DNA of 64,000 bases from Eledone cirrhosa. Taxonomy: Eukaryota. How positions within the stretch are numbered: position 1 is the stretch's first letter; the number at the start of each line of letters is the position of its first letter. The stretch is from the NCBI GenBank assembly GCA_964016885.1, contig OZ024747.1, forward strand, positions 35,402,001 through 35,466,000. Reading direction: 5' to 3'. This document shows positions 1-14,128 of the stretch, one piece after another. The translations under genes and the position numbers were made by a program. The notes beneath the pieces were generated by a model. The model was not told the DNA's origin. It made no database searches and saw only the letters and a program-made list of their open reading frames with translations.

Positions 1-1469
1 CCCGGAAAGGCTGTATCGGTTTTGTGGACATCACTGTGACGGTGTCGGACACCTCAGAAATCGAGGTGGTCGGCAACTTATTGGAGGAATATGAAAGGTT
101 GATGGGAGCAAAAATTAACCCATAAAAGTCGGTGGGCTTGCAACTCGGCACCTGGAGAGACAAGTCCATGCCGTCCAACAACGTAGTTAGGCGATGGACG
201 GACGGACCGGTAAAGTTGCTCGGGGTTAGGTTCTGGATAGACCTTCAGGTGGATGCGAATTGGGACGTGGTGAAGGGCAGTGTAGCCGGTCTCACCCAGA
301 AATGAGCTGCGAGCAATCATCACAGAAATGTCGGGCGGAGGTGACGAATGAGTACATCGCGTCCGTCATCTACAACCAGCTGACAGTCTTCCCTTGCTCC
401 CCTTCGCGCCTCGACACCTTGGGACGGCTCCTCTTCAAATTCTTGTGGAGGACGCAGGTTCCGTTGGTGAGGCGTTCCATCTGTTTCTAGCACTCTCTAC
501 GTGGAGGGCTTGGCATGCCGTGGCAAATGATGCGCAGTCATGCGCTGCGGCTGCGGCATCTCCAGATATTCTGCCTAAACGGTGAACAGGTGTGGTCGCC
601 ATTTGTCAGACGCGTCATTCCGCGGCTCGTCTCTTTGACTGAGCTGAATTCCTGGGCCAAGAAGCGACCGAGATTGGATGACTGGCATCTGGAATGCTGC
701 CAGGCACTCACTGCCCTCTACCAGGCGGGGGAAAAAAATCCCTCGCTTGGCAGTGTTATCGGGTGGCACTGCCGGTTAAATATAAACTCTACAGGCACGG
801 AAGTGGTGTCAGACGGATCTGCCGGAGATGTGAGCAGAGTGACGAAACCGTTCTGCATGCACTCGTCCAGTGTCTGTGCATTAATGACATGTGGATTTAT
901 GTCGAACAGCTATTGTCGTTCTAGAACGGATCGGCTATCGGCCGATTCCATAGTGAAAATCGACCGCCGCCTTCTTTTGGCCAGGAAGGGCAAGCAATTT
1001 TCATCTGTCTGGTGTCAGTCGTGAAAGAGGATGTATGGTGGACCAGCCTCTCATCAAATTTTTCAAGTTTCACTTGGAAAGGACAGTGAGGGGAGAGAGA
1101 GAAGTGCTGCCCCCCCCCCCCCCACGTACATTTGTTGAAAGGTGGGTGAATGTGGCGAGAATGGCCCGTGTGAGCGGGCCTACTCTGATCATGCGCCTGT
1201 AGGTTGGTAAATTTGAGGAGGTGCGGGGTGCTCTTCCCGTGTACTCTCAAAGCGTCGGGTGGTTCAGGATTGGTCGATACCTGAGTAAAAATTGGGTGGT
1301 TATCCCCCCTATTGCGGATTTTCCTTGTATTTTTATTGTTGTTTTGTTATTGTTATTTATATTGTTTACACGTTGTATATGTAACCCACCCCACACTGTC
1401 ACATACTTTTGTATTGTCGCCTATATTTCGGCCCTTGTGGCCAATAAATGCAACTATAATAAATGAAAC
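1..1469 (+). mobile_element. Degenerate 3' part of a Tx1/L1-clade LINE (same family as 39946-45769)
   Basis: Frameshifted peptides match ORF2 of the full-length copy (MPWQMMRSHALRLRHLQIFCLNGEQVWSPFVRR; SLAWQCYR; QSDETVLHALVQC). Same 3' end GGCCCTTGTGGCCAATAAATG. Internal deletion near 730. Confidence 0.92.
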
Positions 1470-1476
1470 TAGTCGA

Positions 1477-1520
1477 AGTAGTAGTAGTAGAAGCAGCAGT
1501 AGCAGCACCAGCAACAGCAA

Positions 1521-1562
<42 letters not shown>

Positions 1563-1603
1563 CAGCAGCAGTAGCAGCAGCAGTAGCAGTAGTAGTCGTA
1601 GTC

Positions 1604-1660
<57 letters not shown>

Positions 1661-1661
1661 A

Positions 1662-1723
<62 letters not shown>

Positions 1724-1735
1724 ATGGTAGTAGTG
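1477..1735 (+). repeat. (AGT)n/(AGC)n microsatellite abutting the LINE 3' end
   Basis: Directly visible trinucleotide array. Confidence 0.97.
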
Positions 1736-2262
1736 TGAGAGTAATCGGGAAGAATAGATGATGGAGATGATTATGTTGATGATGATGTTCACAAACTTAT
1801 GTTGATCGTTGTTGTTAAAAATACTGCAGAAAATACCTCGAACATAATATGATTTTCTCCTATATCCATTGTCTTTATTTATATTGTTCACCCTCTAAAC
1901 TTAATAGAACGCTGATGGGAAATTTTAATGGATCAAAAAATAAGCGGTTGGGTGGCTTAGAAAAGGTGATTAAAACAATGAAATAATTTGCCCTCTATTT
2001 CACTTTCTATACATTTTATCTCTCACACTCTCTCTTTCTCTTTTCCTCATTTTTACATACAACCTATACACACAAACGTATATGTATATATATATATATA
2101 TGTATGCATGTGTATACCTGTATGTATATGTGCCTGTATATATATGTATATGTATATAAATATGTGCATATAAATATATGTATATGTGTATTTATATATA
2201 TGCATATATACATAATATATATATATATATATATGTTTATGTGTGTGTGTGTGTATGCATAC

Positions 2263-2355
<93 letters not shown>

Positions 2356-4432
2356 TGTGTGTGTGTGTGGGAGAGTGAGAAATACATTTATACGCACACG
2401 TATATACACAAACACATATACAAGTAAAGAAAGGCGCATGCAACGTTAGTTTTAATGGCTGATCTTCATTAGCAAATTATTAGAAATGTATAATGGAATA
2501 CAGCCGGAAGCAGATCCAAATCTCATTTGCAGACGCATACAAGAGCCACTATATTCTAGCTACTTACACATACATATACACTTTTTCTTACACACGTGCT
2601 AAATATTGGGAAAAATTTCATACAAAGCCACTGACATTGGGAAATAATGATAGCTAGTTCTAAAAAATATTACCTTAACAAACAAAAAAATAATTCATCC
2701 GATGAATAAATCTGGTGAGAGCATGGGTGTAGCTACAGTATCATTAATTAGATAAGTTATTGTGCTCTTACTTTACTCTCGTCTTAGAGTTATTGTATTG
2801 TGGGATATAATCAATATTATAGAAGGTAAACCACGGATTTGTTCATATTCGTGGGATGTGTGTATTAAATCAGCCTGAAATAACCTTACATTTATATGTC
2901 TATTTAAATTATATCACAATGCAGAGGCTTTAAATCATCACTCCATTCAAATTCTTTCTTGAATAATAGCTGCGTATGCTTTTCATTTAATAAGTATGTA
3001 CTATTCCATGTTGTGCCAAATCCTTACTCTCCTTCTAAACGTACATGACTTTGTTCAGACTAAAACATTCACGTTAGTAAAGTAATGAAATGAAGAAAGT
3101 ATGAGATAAATAGATTGAAATATGTCTCGAATGATTCATACTGAATATAGCACACATATGTTCATATATCATAACTAACGTATTTATTTCATTTATGGAT
3201 TTCGTAACCCTATTTGTTACGAGTGGAAAACTGAGTTCTGCCCTCGACATTACTTGTTTATTCAATACTTGATCTTCAATGCACCCACATTTCCCAGCTA
3301 ATGTATTGATAATCCGTGAGAAAAAATAGATTTCGTTATTAAATTTCACATGATGTAATGAGGAATTCGCCACAATAATAATACTTATAGAGAAAATAAT
3401 ACTTATAGAGGAAATGAGTACAATATCAAATATATTGAAAGTAGAACCCTGAAATGTGAACTAATGTAGACCATATTGATATTTTTTCTCCATATTGATA
3501 TTTTTACAGTGTGGGTCAAAATGTGCAATACATTCCGCTTCTCCTATCCACAGTACCTAGTGACAGCAAGCTGTTATCATAAACAACATTTCTGACAAAG
3601 AACCATTAATTCACGAGTTAATTGAAAGTAATTCTAATGTTTTTCAAGTTACAACGGTTATTCCTTTACCATCATCATCAACGTAACCATCATTCACTCT
3701 CAGTTGTTTTACATTTTCTCTCTTCTCCTTCCCTTTGCGCTTTCTCTCTTCCTTTTATTTATTTACATTTTTCACTTTCTTCTTTCTCTTAATATTATTA
3801 ATAATATTTTTATTATTGTCTTCGCGGAATCTGTTAGAATATTCAAAAATAAATTAATTAAATTAGATTTGAAAATAGAGATGAAATTTTAATTTTCATT
3901 GCCACAAGAGGATTACTGTTTTGTGACATTTTAGAAAAGTCTAGAAGATAAAAGTAAAATATAACTTTAATAAATAAAAAGAAATATTACAGGAAAATAA
4001 TGTTAAATAAAAGCGTAAGAGAAAATCACACAAATGTACATAATTTTGCTGTATATGTTTTCTTCTTCGTTCATTCTATTTATTAGATTTTATTAAAACT
4101 ATCTTCTCACACAACTAACGTCTGTCTGCTATTTTCCAGCTGAGTTTAACCACCTCTCTTGCTATGTGTCTCTGAACATCGCTTATTATTTAATTAATTT
4201 GTATTTTATTTCTTCCACATTTTTTTTTATTCTTGTCATTTTCTTTACCATTTCCTGTTTTCAGAACGTAATCATATATTTTTTAACGTACTTCTTTCTC
4301 ATGAAATTAACACATTTCTTCTTTATTGTCCGGCCTCTAATTTCTTTCTAGTACCTGTTTATTTCTCCTATCAGAGTTTCCATTATATGCTTTGCGCTAC
4401 GGATTCTTATTCATAATATGTCGTCATATATT

Positions 4433-4621
4433 TACGAATGTCGGCTGAAAAGTTCAAAAGCTAATTATGAAGGAGTAATGCTAGAGCTGTGAAATATTTC
4501 ATGCATTAATTTCAACTTTTAATTAATAACAGCATTCTTTTCTTCCCATGGACTATGTCGAAATTTTGAACCTCATTTGGTCATTCCCTGTGAGTATCTG
4601 CCTATGAATCTTTCCCACGTA
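4433..4621. mobile_element. Possible mariner-derived MITE remnant
   Basis: Left end TA-CGAATGTCGGCTGAAAAGTTC resembles mariner TIRs. Right end CCTATGAATCTTTCCCACG-TA is only a degenerate inverted match. Confidence 0.35.
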
Positions 4622-4726
4622 TATATATATTTTTCTTCATATCTCTCATGAACGTCTCACATTGAAATCTTTTATTCTCCTTCTTCTCCTCTAAAATTGC
4701 TGACCTTGTGCTGAAATCAGAAACCA

Positions 4727-5040
4727 TTAGAGTCGGACGCCATGTTTTGCAGCACAGTTACGTACCTTTACGGACTGAGTTCAAATCCAGCCGAGGTTAA
4801 CTTTGCCTTTCATCCTTACGGGGTCGATAAAATAAAGTACAGGTAATTGCTGGCCTTGTGCCATAAGCAGAAACAATTATTATGTGAACTTACTTGGGCG
4901 GTGGATTGGCAGTATCTGTACATCGTCGGGAAATATGATTTGTGGCCTACAGTTATGGCCCATTACGTTCTGAGTTCTAATACCATCAAAGTTAGATTTG
5001 CCTTCTATCGTTAAGAGGTCGATAAAATAACGTATCAGTA
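4727..5040 (+). mobile_element. Two adjacent tRNA-derived SINE copies (4727-4882, 4897-5040)
   Basis: B-box-like GAGTTCAAATCC followed by TTTGCCTTTCATCCTTACGGGGTCGATAAAATAAAGTAC. The same motif occurs inverted at 62890-63055. Confidence 0.8.
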
Positions 5041-5084
5041 ACTTTTTACATATGTATGGTTTCTGTATTATGTATGTAATATAG

Positions 5085-5652
5085 TACTACTACTGCTTTG
5101 ACGCTAAACTCCGCCAGTTGCAGACTGCCCATCAACGTGAGATATTTTTCTCCACAAAGTTCGGTCACTAACAGTAGAGTTTAAAGAGCAAAGATCAAGT
5201 CCAGTCCATAGGTTGACATTATCTAGCCATCGTTTTGGTTGCCGGCCTCTGCTTCTCTTACCAGCAAACCTTCCTTCCTGGCATAACCAACTCACACCAC
5301 GAGTGGACATTTTTTTATGACCGTATAGTTTGAGTACTCTTGATTTGACAATTGATGTAATTGGTCTAAGTTTGGTAATGTTGAGCAGTTCATTGATACA
5401 GGTACGGTCACTGAGCTGCTTGCCAGTCATAAGTCTGATGATGTGGTTCTGGAATGTAAAACGCTTCTGAGGTGACCTTTTCGTCCAATTGACACAGTCA
5501 AGACCATATAATACAACTGGTAGGATGTAAGTATCGAAGATATTAGGCTTCAAATGATAGGAAACTCGTTTTGATGTTAGTACTTCCTTGTTTTTGTTGA
5601 AAGCTGCCCACCCTAGAGCGATGTGATACTGAGTAGCAACCACATATGTTTT

Positions 5653-5655
<3 letters not shown>
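5085..5655 (-). mobile_element. 5'-truncated RTE-clade LINE, RT C-terminal fragment
   Basis: ORF 5104-5766 encodes YILPVVLYG, LKLYGH and GKRSRGRQPKRWLD, typical of RTE-type C-termini. Short (AGT)n tail; truncated at a (TA)n tract. Confidence 0.85.
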
Positions 5656-5714
<59 letters not shown>

Positions 5715-5744
5715 ATATAGTAGGTGTTTGTAAATGTATATATA

Positions 5745-6100
5745 AATGCAACTGGAGTCTTTTCAAAAGTAGAATTGAGATGGAGGTTTCGTGGAAATTC
5801 GGTGTACTTATTCACGTGGCAGTCATCAACCAACCAGATTATTTAAAACAAAACCCATCAATTGGAGCCACTCTTTCCACATAAAACAGAAACAACCTTC
5901 GTACATCAGCCAGATGCGAGGAAAACCACAAACATTCCATCTCAGTTCTACTTTTGAAAAGCATAAGAAATGTGAAACCGGTAAAGGAAATAAATAAAGA
6001 TTATTCAAAAGATTCCAGATGCATTTTCGATTTCTTTACCTTATACTTTTACTCGCTTAGGACATCTCGTGGTTTTATTTTAAAACAAACCCAATTTTCT
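5745..6100 (+). mobile_element. PLE pseudo-LTR-type fragment with short inverted 5' copy; homologous to 26460-26885 (-)
   Basis: Contains an HHR motif. 5745-5785 is the reverse complement of 5935-5961 joined to about 6011-6026. Flanked by (TA)n/(CA)n. Confidence 0.7.
5951..5986 (+). ncRNA. Minimal hammerhead ribozyme, U3-A8 variant
   Basis: CTT-TTGAAAA-GCAT aagaa ATGT-GAAA-CCGG-TA-AAG: stem I CTT/AAG, palindromic stem III ACCGGT, GUA cleavage triplet. Confidence 0.7.
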
Positions 6101-6172
6101 TATACGCACACGCAGACACACACATACACACACACACCTACACACACACATACGCACACACACACACACACA

Positions 6173-6257
<85 letters not shown>

Positions 6258-6262
<5 letters not shown>

Positions 6263-6453
6263 AACAAGTAAGACCCCGACGGCTGAGCTCAAGCCGTTTC
6301 GACGGCTAATTCTGGACCAGAATTAGCCGTCGAAACGGCTTGAGCTCAGCCGTTGGGGTCTTACTTGTTCCTATTACCCACTCTACTACCCTAAGTATTG
6401 AGTACTTTGGTGCGTTATGGTCCACCTGGTTACTTACCACATTTCCTTCGTTA

Positions 6454-6455
<2 letters not shown>
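6258..6455. repeat. Near-perfect palindrome (6258-6374, 58-bp arms) made from a truncated HHR/pLTR end, plus a 3' tail
   Basis: Centre at 6316 with one mismatch (6278/6354). Each arm carries GAAAC-GGCT..AGCC-GTY-GGGGTC but no CTGAnGA. The tail resembles 35790-35870. Confidence 0.85.
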
Positions 6456-6495
<40 letters not shown>

Positions 6496-6584
6496 TATAT
6501 ATCGCGTGACTATCTCCCTCTCCGCCTTTTGGGATTCTTTCTCACGTCGTGTAGACGCGTTCTTGAGACTAGTAAAATGAGGTA

Positions 6585-6672
6585 TCCTCTTGATAAGTCG
6601 GCAGACCTCGCAAGGACTCTATATCTTTGATATATTGTTTTTATTTATGCCACGAAACTACGTAGTCGAGGA
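6585..6672 (+). ncRNA. Type I hammerhead, U3-A8 variant (copy 1)
   Basis: TCCTC-TTGATAA-GT(C)GGCA...TGCCAC-GAAA-CTACGTAG-TC-GAGGA: 5-bp stem I, palindromic ACTACGTAGT, GUC site after 6667. Confidence 0.8.
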
Positions 6673-7175
6673 ATTTAGGAACAGTTTAGGTATGATACAT
6701 TTTATTACTAATTATATCTAAATGTTTCTTCTCTCTTCATAATGTATTTTTAACTCTGATACTGGTTCAGTCTGGTTCAAACTGAATTGGTCTGTCCCAG
6801 TCATTCATTGAGCAACATCGGTGAAGTTGGCACCCTTAACTCACAGTTGGGTGCGGATGCATTCATGTATATATGTGTGTGTCCGCATGTATCTGTGTGT
6901 TTCTAAATATATTAATAACTCCCTCTGGTCGAGCAATCTTTGAAGTGTGGGGACAACTGGAAAGCTTCCATTACTCATACTTCTCGCCTTCTTCACTACC
7001 TCTTCTGCGGCCTCGATATGAATACCCCCTCCGCCTCCGTGGTATTTTCTTCGTGGTTATAAGAGGCTTAGCTCTGTTTCTCGACCGTTATATCGCGTGA
7101 CTATCTCCCCCTCCGCCTTTTGGGATTCTTTCTCACGTCGTGTAGACGCGTTCTTGAGACTAGTAAAATGAGGTA

Positions 7176-7263
7176 TCCTCTTGATAAGTCGGCAGACCTC
7201 GCAAGGACTCTATATCTTTGATATATTGTTTTTGTTTATGCCACGAAACTACGTAGTCGAGGA
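7176..7263 (+). ncRNA. Type I hammerhead, U3-A8 variant (copy 2)
   Basis: Same motif as copy 1; GUC site after 7258. Confidence 0.8.
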
Positions 7264-7361
7264 ATTTAGGAACAGTTTAGGTATGATACATTTTATTACT
7301 AATTATATCTAAATGTTTCTTCTCTCTTCATAATGTATATATATATATATATATATATATA

Positions 7362-9082
7362 GTAAAAAATTGAACGGGAACAAAACAGAGAGGCAGTACG
7401 AACAAAGGTTTATTAGTTTCACGCGCTTGAGAGTGGGGTGATGGTGGGGAACGACGTTTCGGGCATAAGCCCTTCTTCGGGTGAAAGTGTGTGGGAAGAG
7501 AGTTCCAAGTGTGTGTAGGGGAGTGGTGGAGAGATATAGAGAACAAAGGGAGTGAGAGGAAACGGTACAAATGAAATTAAATATAAAAGCATAATAAAAA
7601 TAAAAATAAACATGAAGTAAAACAGGTGGTGGAATGATGTGGGGCGTGTAGGGGTGGTGGCGGGTAGAGTGGGGAGAGGGAGGCGAGGTGTCCGAGCGGG
7701 AGGGCTGAAGGTTGTGTGTGTAGGTGTACGTGTGTGTGTGTGTATGTGTATGTGAAAGTAAGAGTTGGGGGAAGAACGGGGTTGCATGTTCAGGAAGAGG
7801 TGTGTGTGGGGTGGGGTGTATGTCGGTGTGTGTGTGCGTGTGTGGATGGGGAGGGGTCAGAGGGGTGGGGGAGAGGATTCCGGAGGCTGAGTGTGTAAAT
7901 AAGTGGTGGTACGCACGTGTGTGTGTGGTGTTTATGCTTGTTGTGGATGTAGGTGGCGCGTGCCAAAATTTTTTTTTTAGTGTATGTCAGTGGTTGAGTC
8001 CTTAAGTTAGTTCCGTAGAGGATGTGGTGGAATGCTGGGTAATATCCTTGGGATGTGGTGGATTCAATATGTGTAATCCGTGGTTGGTCGGAAGAGGGGA
8101 GATGTGGGGTCCGCGCGCAACAGGAAGTGGTCAGAGGGTCAAGGCAGGAGGAGGGTTGTGTGTCTGTGTGCGCGGGGAGGTGGTCAGAGATAAGGGCATA
8201 GCAGCAGTCGGGTAGAATGATAAGTGAAGAAAGTCGGTGTGACAGTGTGTGCGGAGGTGTGGTGGACAAGGGAGAGGATGGGTAGGTGTGACAGTTGGAG
8301 TGAGGAGGGGGTGTGTGTGTATTAGTAGAGGTGTTAGTGGGATGTGTGTGTGTGTGAGAAAGGGTGTGGGTGGAGCGGGGAGAGAAGGGTGTGGTGGCCG
8401 GTGGAGGGAGTGTAGTGTACTGATGTGTGTGTGTGTTTGGATGAGTGTGTGTGTGGTGAAGGGGGTGTTAGTGGGTGTTAGTATACTGGAGGTGGGGAAA
8501 GGGTTGAATGCTGGTGTGAGTGGGGGTCAATGGTGGTAGGGTGTGTAGAGTGGGTGGTGTAAGTGGGTGTGTGTGTTCGTGTGCGTAGGGTTGGGGGGTG
8601 TTAGTGATATTAGTTGAGTGTAGAGTGGGTGGAGTAAGTGGGTGTGTGTGTTGGTGTGCGTTGGGTCGGGGCGTGTTAGTGACGTTAGTTGCCGGGTGGT
8701 GGGGTGGATGTGTGGGGGTGAGGGTTAGTGGTGGTAGTAGGGTGTGTGTTTAGTGTGAGCGCGTGTATATATGTACCGGTGGGTGTGTGCGTGTGATAGG
8801 GGGAGGGGGGAGAAGAAGGGAGGGATGTTAGTATGTTAGTTGGGGAAGGGTGGTAGGGTGTTGGGTGGAGGTGTTAGTATTGTTAGTTGCGGGGTGGGCG
8901 GTGAAAAGGAGGGGGTGTGTTAGTGGTGTTAGTGGGGGATATGTGTGTGTGTGTTTGGGTCGAAGGATTAAGGAATAAGGCTGGAGAGTTCAGGTCGGGG
9001 GGGGGGGGGGGGGGGTATGTAGGGTGACGATGGGTCGTTGTTCGACCCTGAGGAGAGTGGCGGGTGTTCCGTGGCATTGGAG
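7362..9082 (-). mobile_element. C/A-rich non-coding PLE-derived insertion ending in an HHR-bearing pLTR-like segment
   Basis: Bounded by (TA)n on both sides. Minus strand 7451-7482 reads AC-CCGAAGA-A-GGGC ttat GCCC-GAAA-CG-TC-GT (minimal HHR, U4C). Confidence 0.6.
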
Positions 9083-9289
9083 TATATATATATATATATA
9101 TATATATACGTGTGTCTCTGTGTATATAGTTATAAATATATTTTATAAACTTTATAATCTCCCTTTTTATTTTATACATATTCAATATAGAATTTTTTTG
9201 AAATGTAATAGTCATAATATGCAACATCGAAGATATTTCCATATATATGACTAACATAATTATTGATATAATTATTTTTGATGTTGCAG

Positions 9290-9386
9290 CCTGAATGATG
9301 GCTTTGCGTTACGATGTTGTTGGAATTGTGCTAACAGAAAAATTGGAAATTTGAGACGAAGTCGGATTGCTTCCAGCGATTTTGCT
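9290..9386 (+). other. Candidate host exon
   Basis: tttttgatgttgcAG acceptor and GTAAGC donor. One open frame (LNDGFALRCCWNCANRKIGNLRRSRIASSDFA). No homology recognised. Confidence 0.3.
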
Positions 9387-12189
9387 GTAAGCAGGATATA
9401 TTTTAAATGAAATAAATACACATACAATATTTAATAAGTTTAGTAATAGTGTTCGTCTACAAGAGAAAAGGCCATCTTTTTCTGATGTGTTTCGATCAGT
9501 TTCTTCCTAACGGAATGCTATACATTATTTTTTACTTATAACACATTCTTTCTTTATGCAGTAAATTAATTCTAGTTTGTTTTGCAAAACCTTTATCAGA
9601 GATTAGTGTCCCATTGTAATCCATGTCAATGACGTGACATCTAGCTGATATAATTTTGTTTCAAACTGACATGAACAAATATTTTTTGTTTCAATTATAT
9701 GAACACTAATTCTTCTTTCTGTGTCAATCTAAAACAAAACCGATGATAATAGTAGAAATAGGGAATGTGTATTAACGGAATCCTTAAGGCTTTGGGCAAA
9801 AAACATGTATTTGTTCCGAATACCCCCTCTGAGTTCATATCCCACTGATGTTTGTTATGTTTTTATGACGAATGAACTAAATCACAAATTTATACATATT
9901 TCGCAATTGTTAACAAGTGGTAACGTTAATTCGTCACCCTATCAGAGCGAAGTCTGAGTCTTCTTTGAATCTAGCAAATTGTGGCTGGGGAACGTATCGC
10001 TAACGGATGACACGCAAATACTATCACGGTTGTATTTAAACTCGAAATATAAAGAGGTGTATTCCATCTGTACGTTTACCTATTCTGTACTTGTTATTTG
10101 TTTTGACATCTGAAATTTGATATAGCAATATTTGAGAGAATTCTCCATGTACCTCATTATATCATCACAATTCACAGTGGTATCATCAGGCGTTCTATAA
10201 AAAGTTCATTGCTAACATACATTATCTGTTGAATTGGTTCACAGTCATTAATCGAGAGTAAAGACGTCTCTATTGAGATGCATACGTTTCTTAACAAAGG
10301 CTAACTAAATGCAATATATACAATGATGTCAAACAGAGACAAAAAGAAAGAGCCAAAAGCTAAAATTATATTTCAGTTTCGAATTGAGTGGATGAAACAA
10401 TTTATAATGAGAACAGTTAATGCAGACGAATAACCAATCTCTGAAAAACAGAATAGCCATGGATATTTGGTAATGGTTGATCCAGGGCTAAAATACTATC
10501 ACATGTACAGCAGTTACCATTATGTATGTGTTAAATCCAAGGTGATATTAAAGAACGACATGATTTTGAATAGCATTTGAGAGAGGATTACTCTACTCAC
10601 TCCTATTATATTGCTGCAAATATTTTTGAAATTTGCAACATCCCATATATCGCCTCTGGAAAATATAGGGTATTTGAACATAATCAATATAACCAAATAT
10701 TATAATTCCAGCGACAGGGAAAAAGAAATGGTTGTTATCGAGTTTTTAGTGGAGTTGTTGTCAATGACGCAGAAAAAGAAAGCAAAATCAATTTATGTTT
10801 CCGAGGAAGTTAGAAATAAACAAAAACGCATGAAAGAAATTTATAGAAATAATTGTTAGGAGGAATAGAATCGGAGAAAAAGATAACGTGGTTTAATAGC
10901 TTTTCAAAATATTTCTGATCTCATTGGAAACACTAGATAAATATGCATTTCTTTCTAACATGCAATGAGAATCAAAATGAGAATGTGTCGCCCCCGACTT
11001 ATTGGATTTAAATTAAACATAATACTTTATAAAATTGATAAGGTGCAAAGCTAAAACTGCAAGATTAGAAGGATAAACACCGAGTAAAGCATGGCGATTC
11101 TAACGGTAATTATCACAGCGTTTCTTAACATGGAACTTGATGAATTTAATGGCAAATAGCTGATAGTAGAGAGATTGGTGTTATTGATATTTATATGGTG
11201 AAGGTAGTGTTTGCGATGATGATGATTATGGTGAAAGCTATAAGAATTAACTTTTAACAATTTGTTGACGGTAGTTTAAGTTATAGTCGAAGCTGCTTTT
11301 ACCTAGTGTAGACGCTGTCTAGACTCAGTGAAAGTTGTTCCAGATGTAACCAACTCGTAGAATTAAAGGATCCACTCCGAGGACAGGGTGTGATTTAATG
11401 AGTTTTGGCAAATAAAGCGGTGAAGGGTGAAATAGTGATTTGTGGCTATTGTTGCTTAAGACTGAGGAAAAAAACAGATAGATAATTTCCCGCTGTTTAC
11501 ATCCTGTCGTTTATATGTATATAATTCGAATACATATAATTATTCAACTTTTTTTTACAGAAATAGATTAGGATTTAGGGCAATATGGTTACTCTTGTGT
11601 GAAGGATACTGCTGTTTTTGTTGACCAAACACAAGTTAGATTGAGTAACTACATATATAATCAGTAGTATCCTATCATTTTAGCATTATTTAGGCTTTCT
11701 ATATCTGGTATTATAAGGCGGTGAATTGAACAGTAGATAGAAATGACAAAGGAGGACTGCTTTCGTCCTTCTATTTATGTTATTTGTTTTATTACTCCCA
11801 CATCACACCAGCAGAAAGTTTTATATTTCTGTTGCATGACTCAGCATTTTAAAATGGTACTCTCAACTAATTCATGCGAACCTATGTTGCTAGTTTGAGA
11901 GCCGATGACGGTGAAGATCTGTGTCTTTGAACGTGTCTTGTATATCGCCTTTGTTTATTTCCTTCTATTCGCGTCCATGCGCCAACACACACCAGATTGT
12001 TCTCCTCCTCATTCAATCACTCTTTTCTATATTTTATTTACCTGTCAACAACCCTGTGGGTTGCCACTCTGTCGATGACTGGCTGCTGATCTCTGACCTC
12101 TGTGGGATTATTGTCCATCGCTGTCTTTGACAACATTTCGCTGTATTCTCATTTTATATGAATTCAAATACACACTCGTTTCGTCACCA

Positions 12190-12420
12190 CCACAGTGTCC
12201 TTGGCGCTATGGCTATTTCCCTAGATACCACCATAGTCATTGATTTGGCCAGCTGCAGGGGTGACCATCGCGAGATGGAATGGCTGTTCGAGCGCATCTC
12301 CCTTACCAGCCCCCGGGAAGACCTCTTCTCTATTCTGTCCATGTGGGGCGGCCAGCACGTGAGACCCCATTTGCTCATGATACAGAGAGATGGGGGGGGC
12401 GAGAGAGATGGAGGCGATGA
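12190..12420 (+). mobile_element. Possible highly degenerate LINE ORF1 (zinc-knuckle) fragment
   Basis: GC-rich island with a frameshifted GRP..C..CGAA-HVR pattern loosely like the Tx1 ORF1 knuckle GKRPHCFLCGETTHLR. Confidence 0.25.
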
Positions 12421-12599
12421 CGGTGGAAGTTCGGCTCCTCCGTGTTCGGACACATTGGTAAGCACTTGGAAATTAGCTTGTTTCTGGTTGCCCACCAACT
12501 GGTAAGCTAACCTTCTAGTAGTTTGCTGCATGGACTCTTGTATTACTTCCCCCAGGACTGTTAAAATCATCTGATTTTGCACACCTGCAATGTTTATTC

Positions 12600-13340
<741 letters not shown>

Positions 13341-14057
13341 CGAAGTTAGAGACGTAAACGGTAATAGAACTTATGTATACAATCATCTCCCCTCTTTTAT
13401 TTCATTTATTCTATAACTTTTAATATCTCACTATAAGTAGTGTAAATTTATTCATTCTGCACGATCAGATAATACGATTTTGCGTTACAAGCTTCATAAC
13501 TTTACTAATACCTGTAAACGAATGTTTCCAGGATTTAATATGCTTACAAGGACAGATTGCTGATTAAACGTGTTTCCCCCGGATTATACATTTTATTTTA
13601 TGCTACTTTTATTCTGTGATGGTTCAATCTCATCATGACAATAGAACTCTGTCTTTTGACAGAAAGGTCACGGATTTCCATCAGAGATACCAAACGCGAT
13701 AATTCCACAGACATATCTCCTCTAAATGCAATCAAATTCTGTCATCCTACCTGTAAAATAACTATAAATTTCAGTGAAAATATGACCAATTTAGTAGATG
13801 TATTAATGCTAAAACACTATTTTCTCGAAGAGACCAAATTATAAGATTTGATAAGAAATAGATTGTATCGTTATAACTTGCACCAGGTATCCTTAATCAA
13901 AATAAATTCCTACGTGACGTAGATTCTAAACGATAATAAACATGACGAAACATATGTTAATTAAAATTTGACGACCAATAGAAAACATAATTAAAATTAT
14001 TCACACGCACAAATATATACGAACATACACGCTCACATTTGCACAAGCATATATAGG

Positions 14058-14124
<67 letters not shown>

Positions 14125-14128
<4 letters not shown>

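Larger units (their letters stand above)
6497..7337 (+). mobile_element. Non-coding tandem element (591-nt period) with one HHR per repeat; retrozyme-like or non-autonomous PLE
   Basis: About 245-bp near-identical direct repeats (6497-6745, 7089-7337), bounded by (TA)n, with no credible ORF. Confidence 0.8.

Noticed and set aside
10340-10860. Possible hAT transposase N-terminal remnant (F..EW...F)
   Set aside because: Too degenerate; no TIR or catalytic motif recognised.
13600-13755. Minus-strand acceptor followed by LDLa-like EFDC/EFYC words
   Set aside because: All frames contain early stops and the Cys spacing does not fit.
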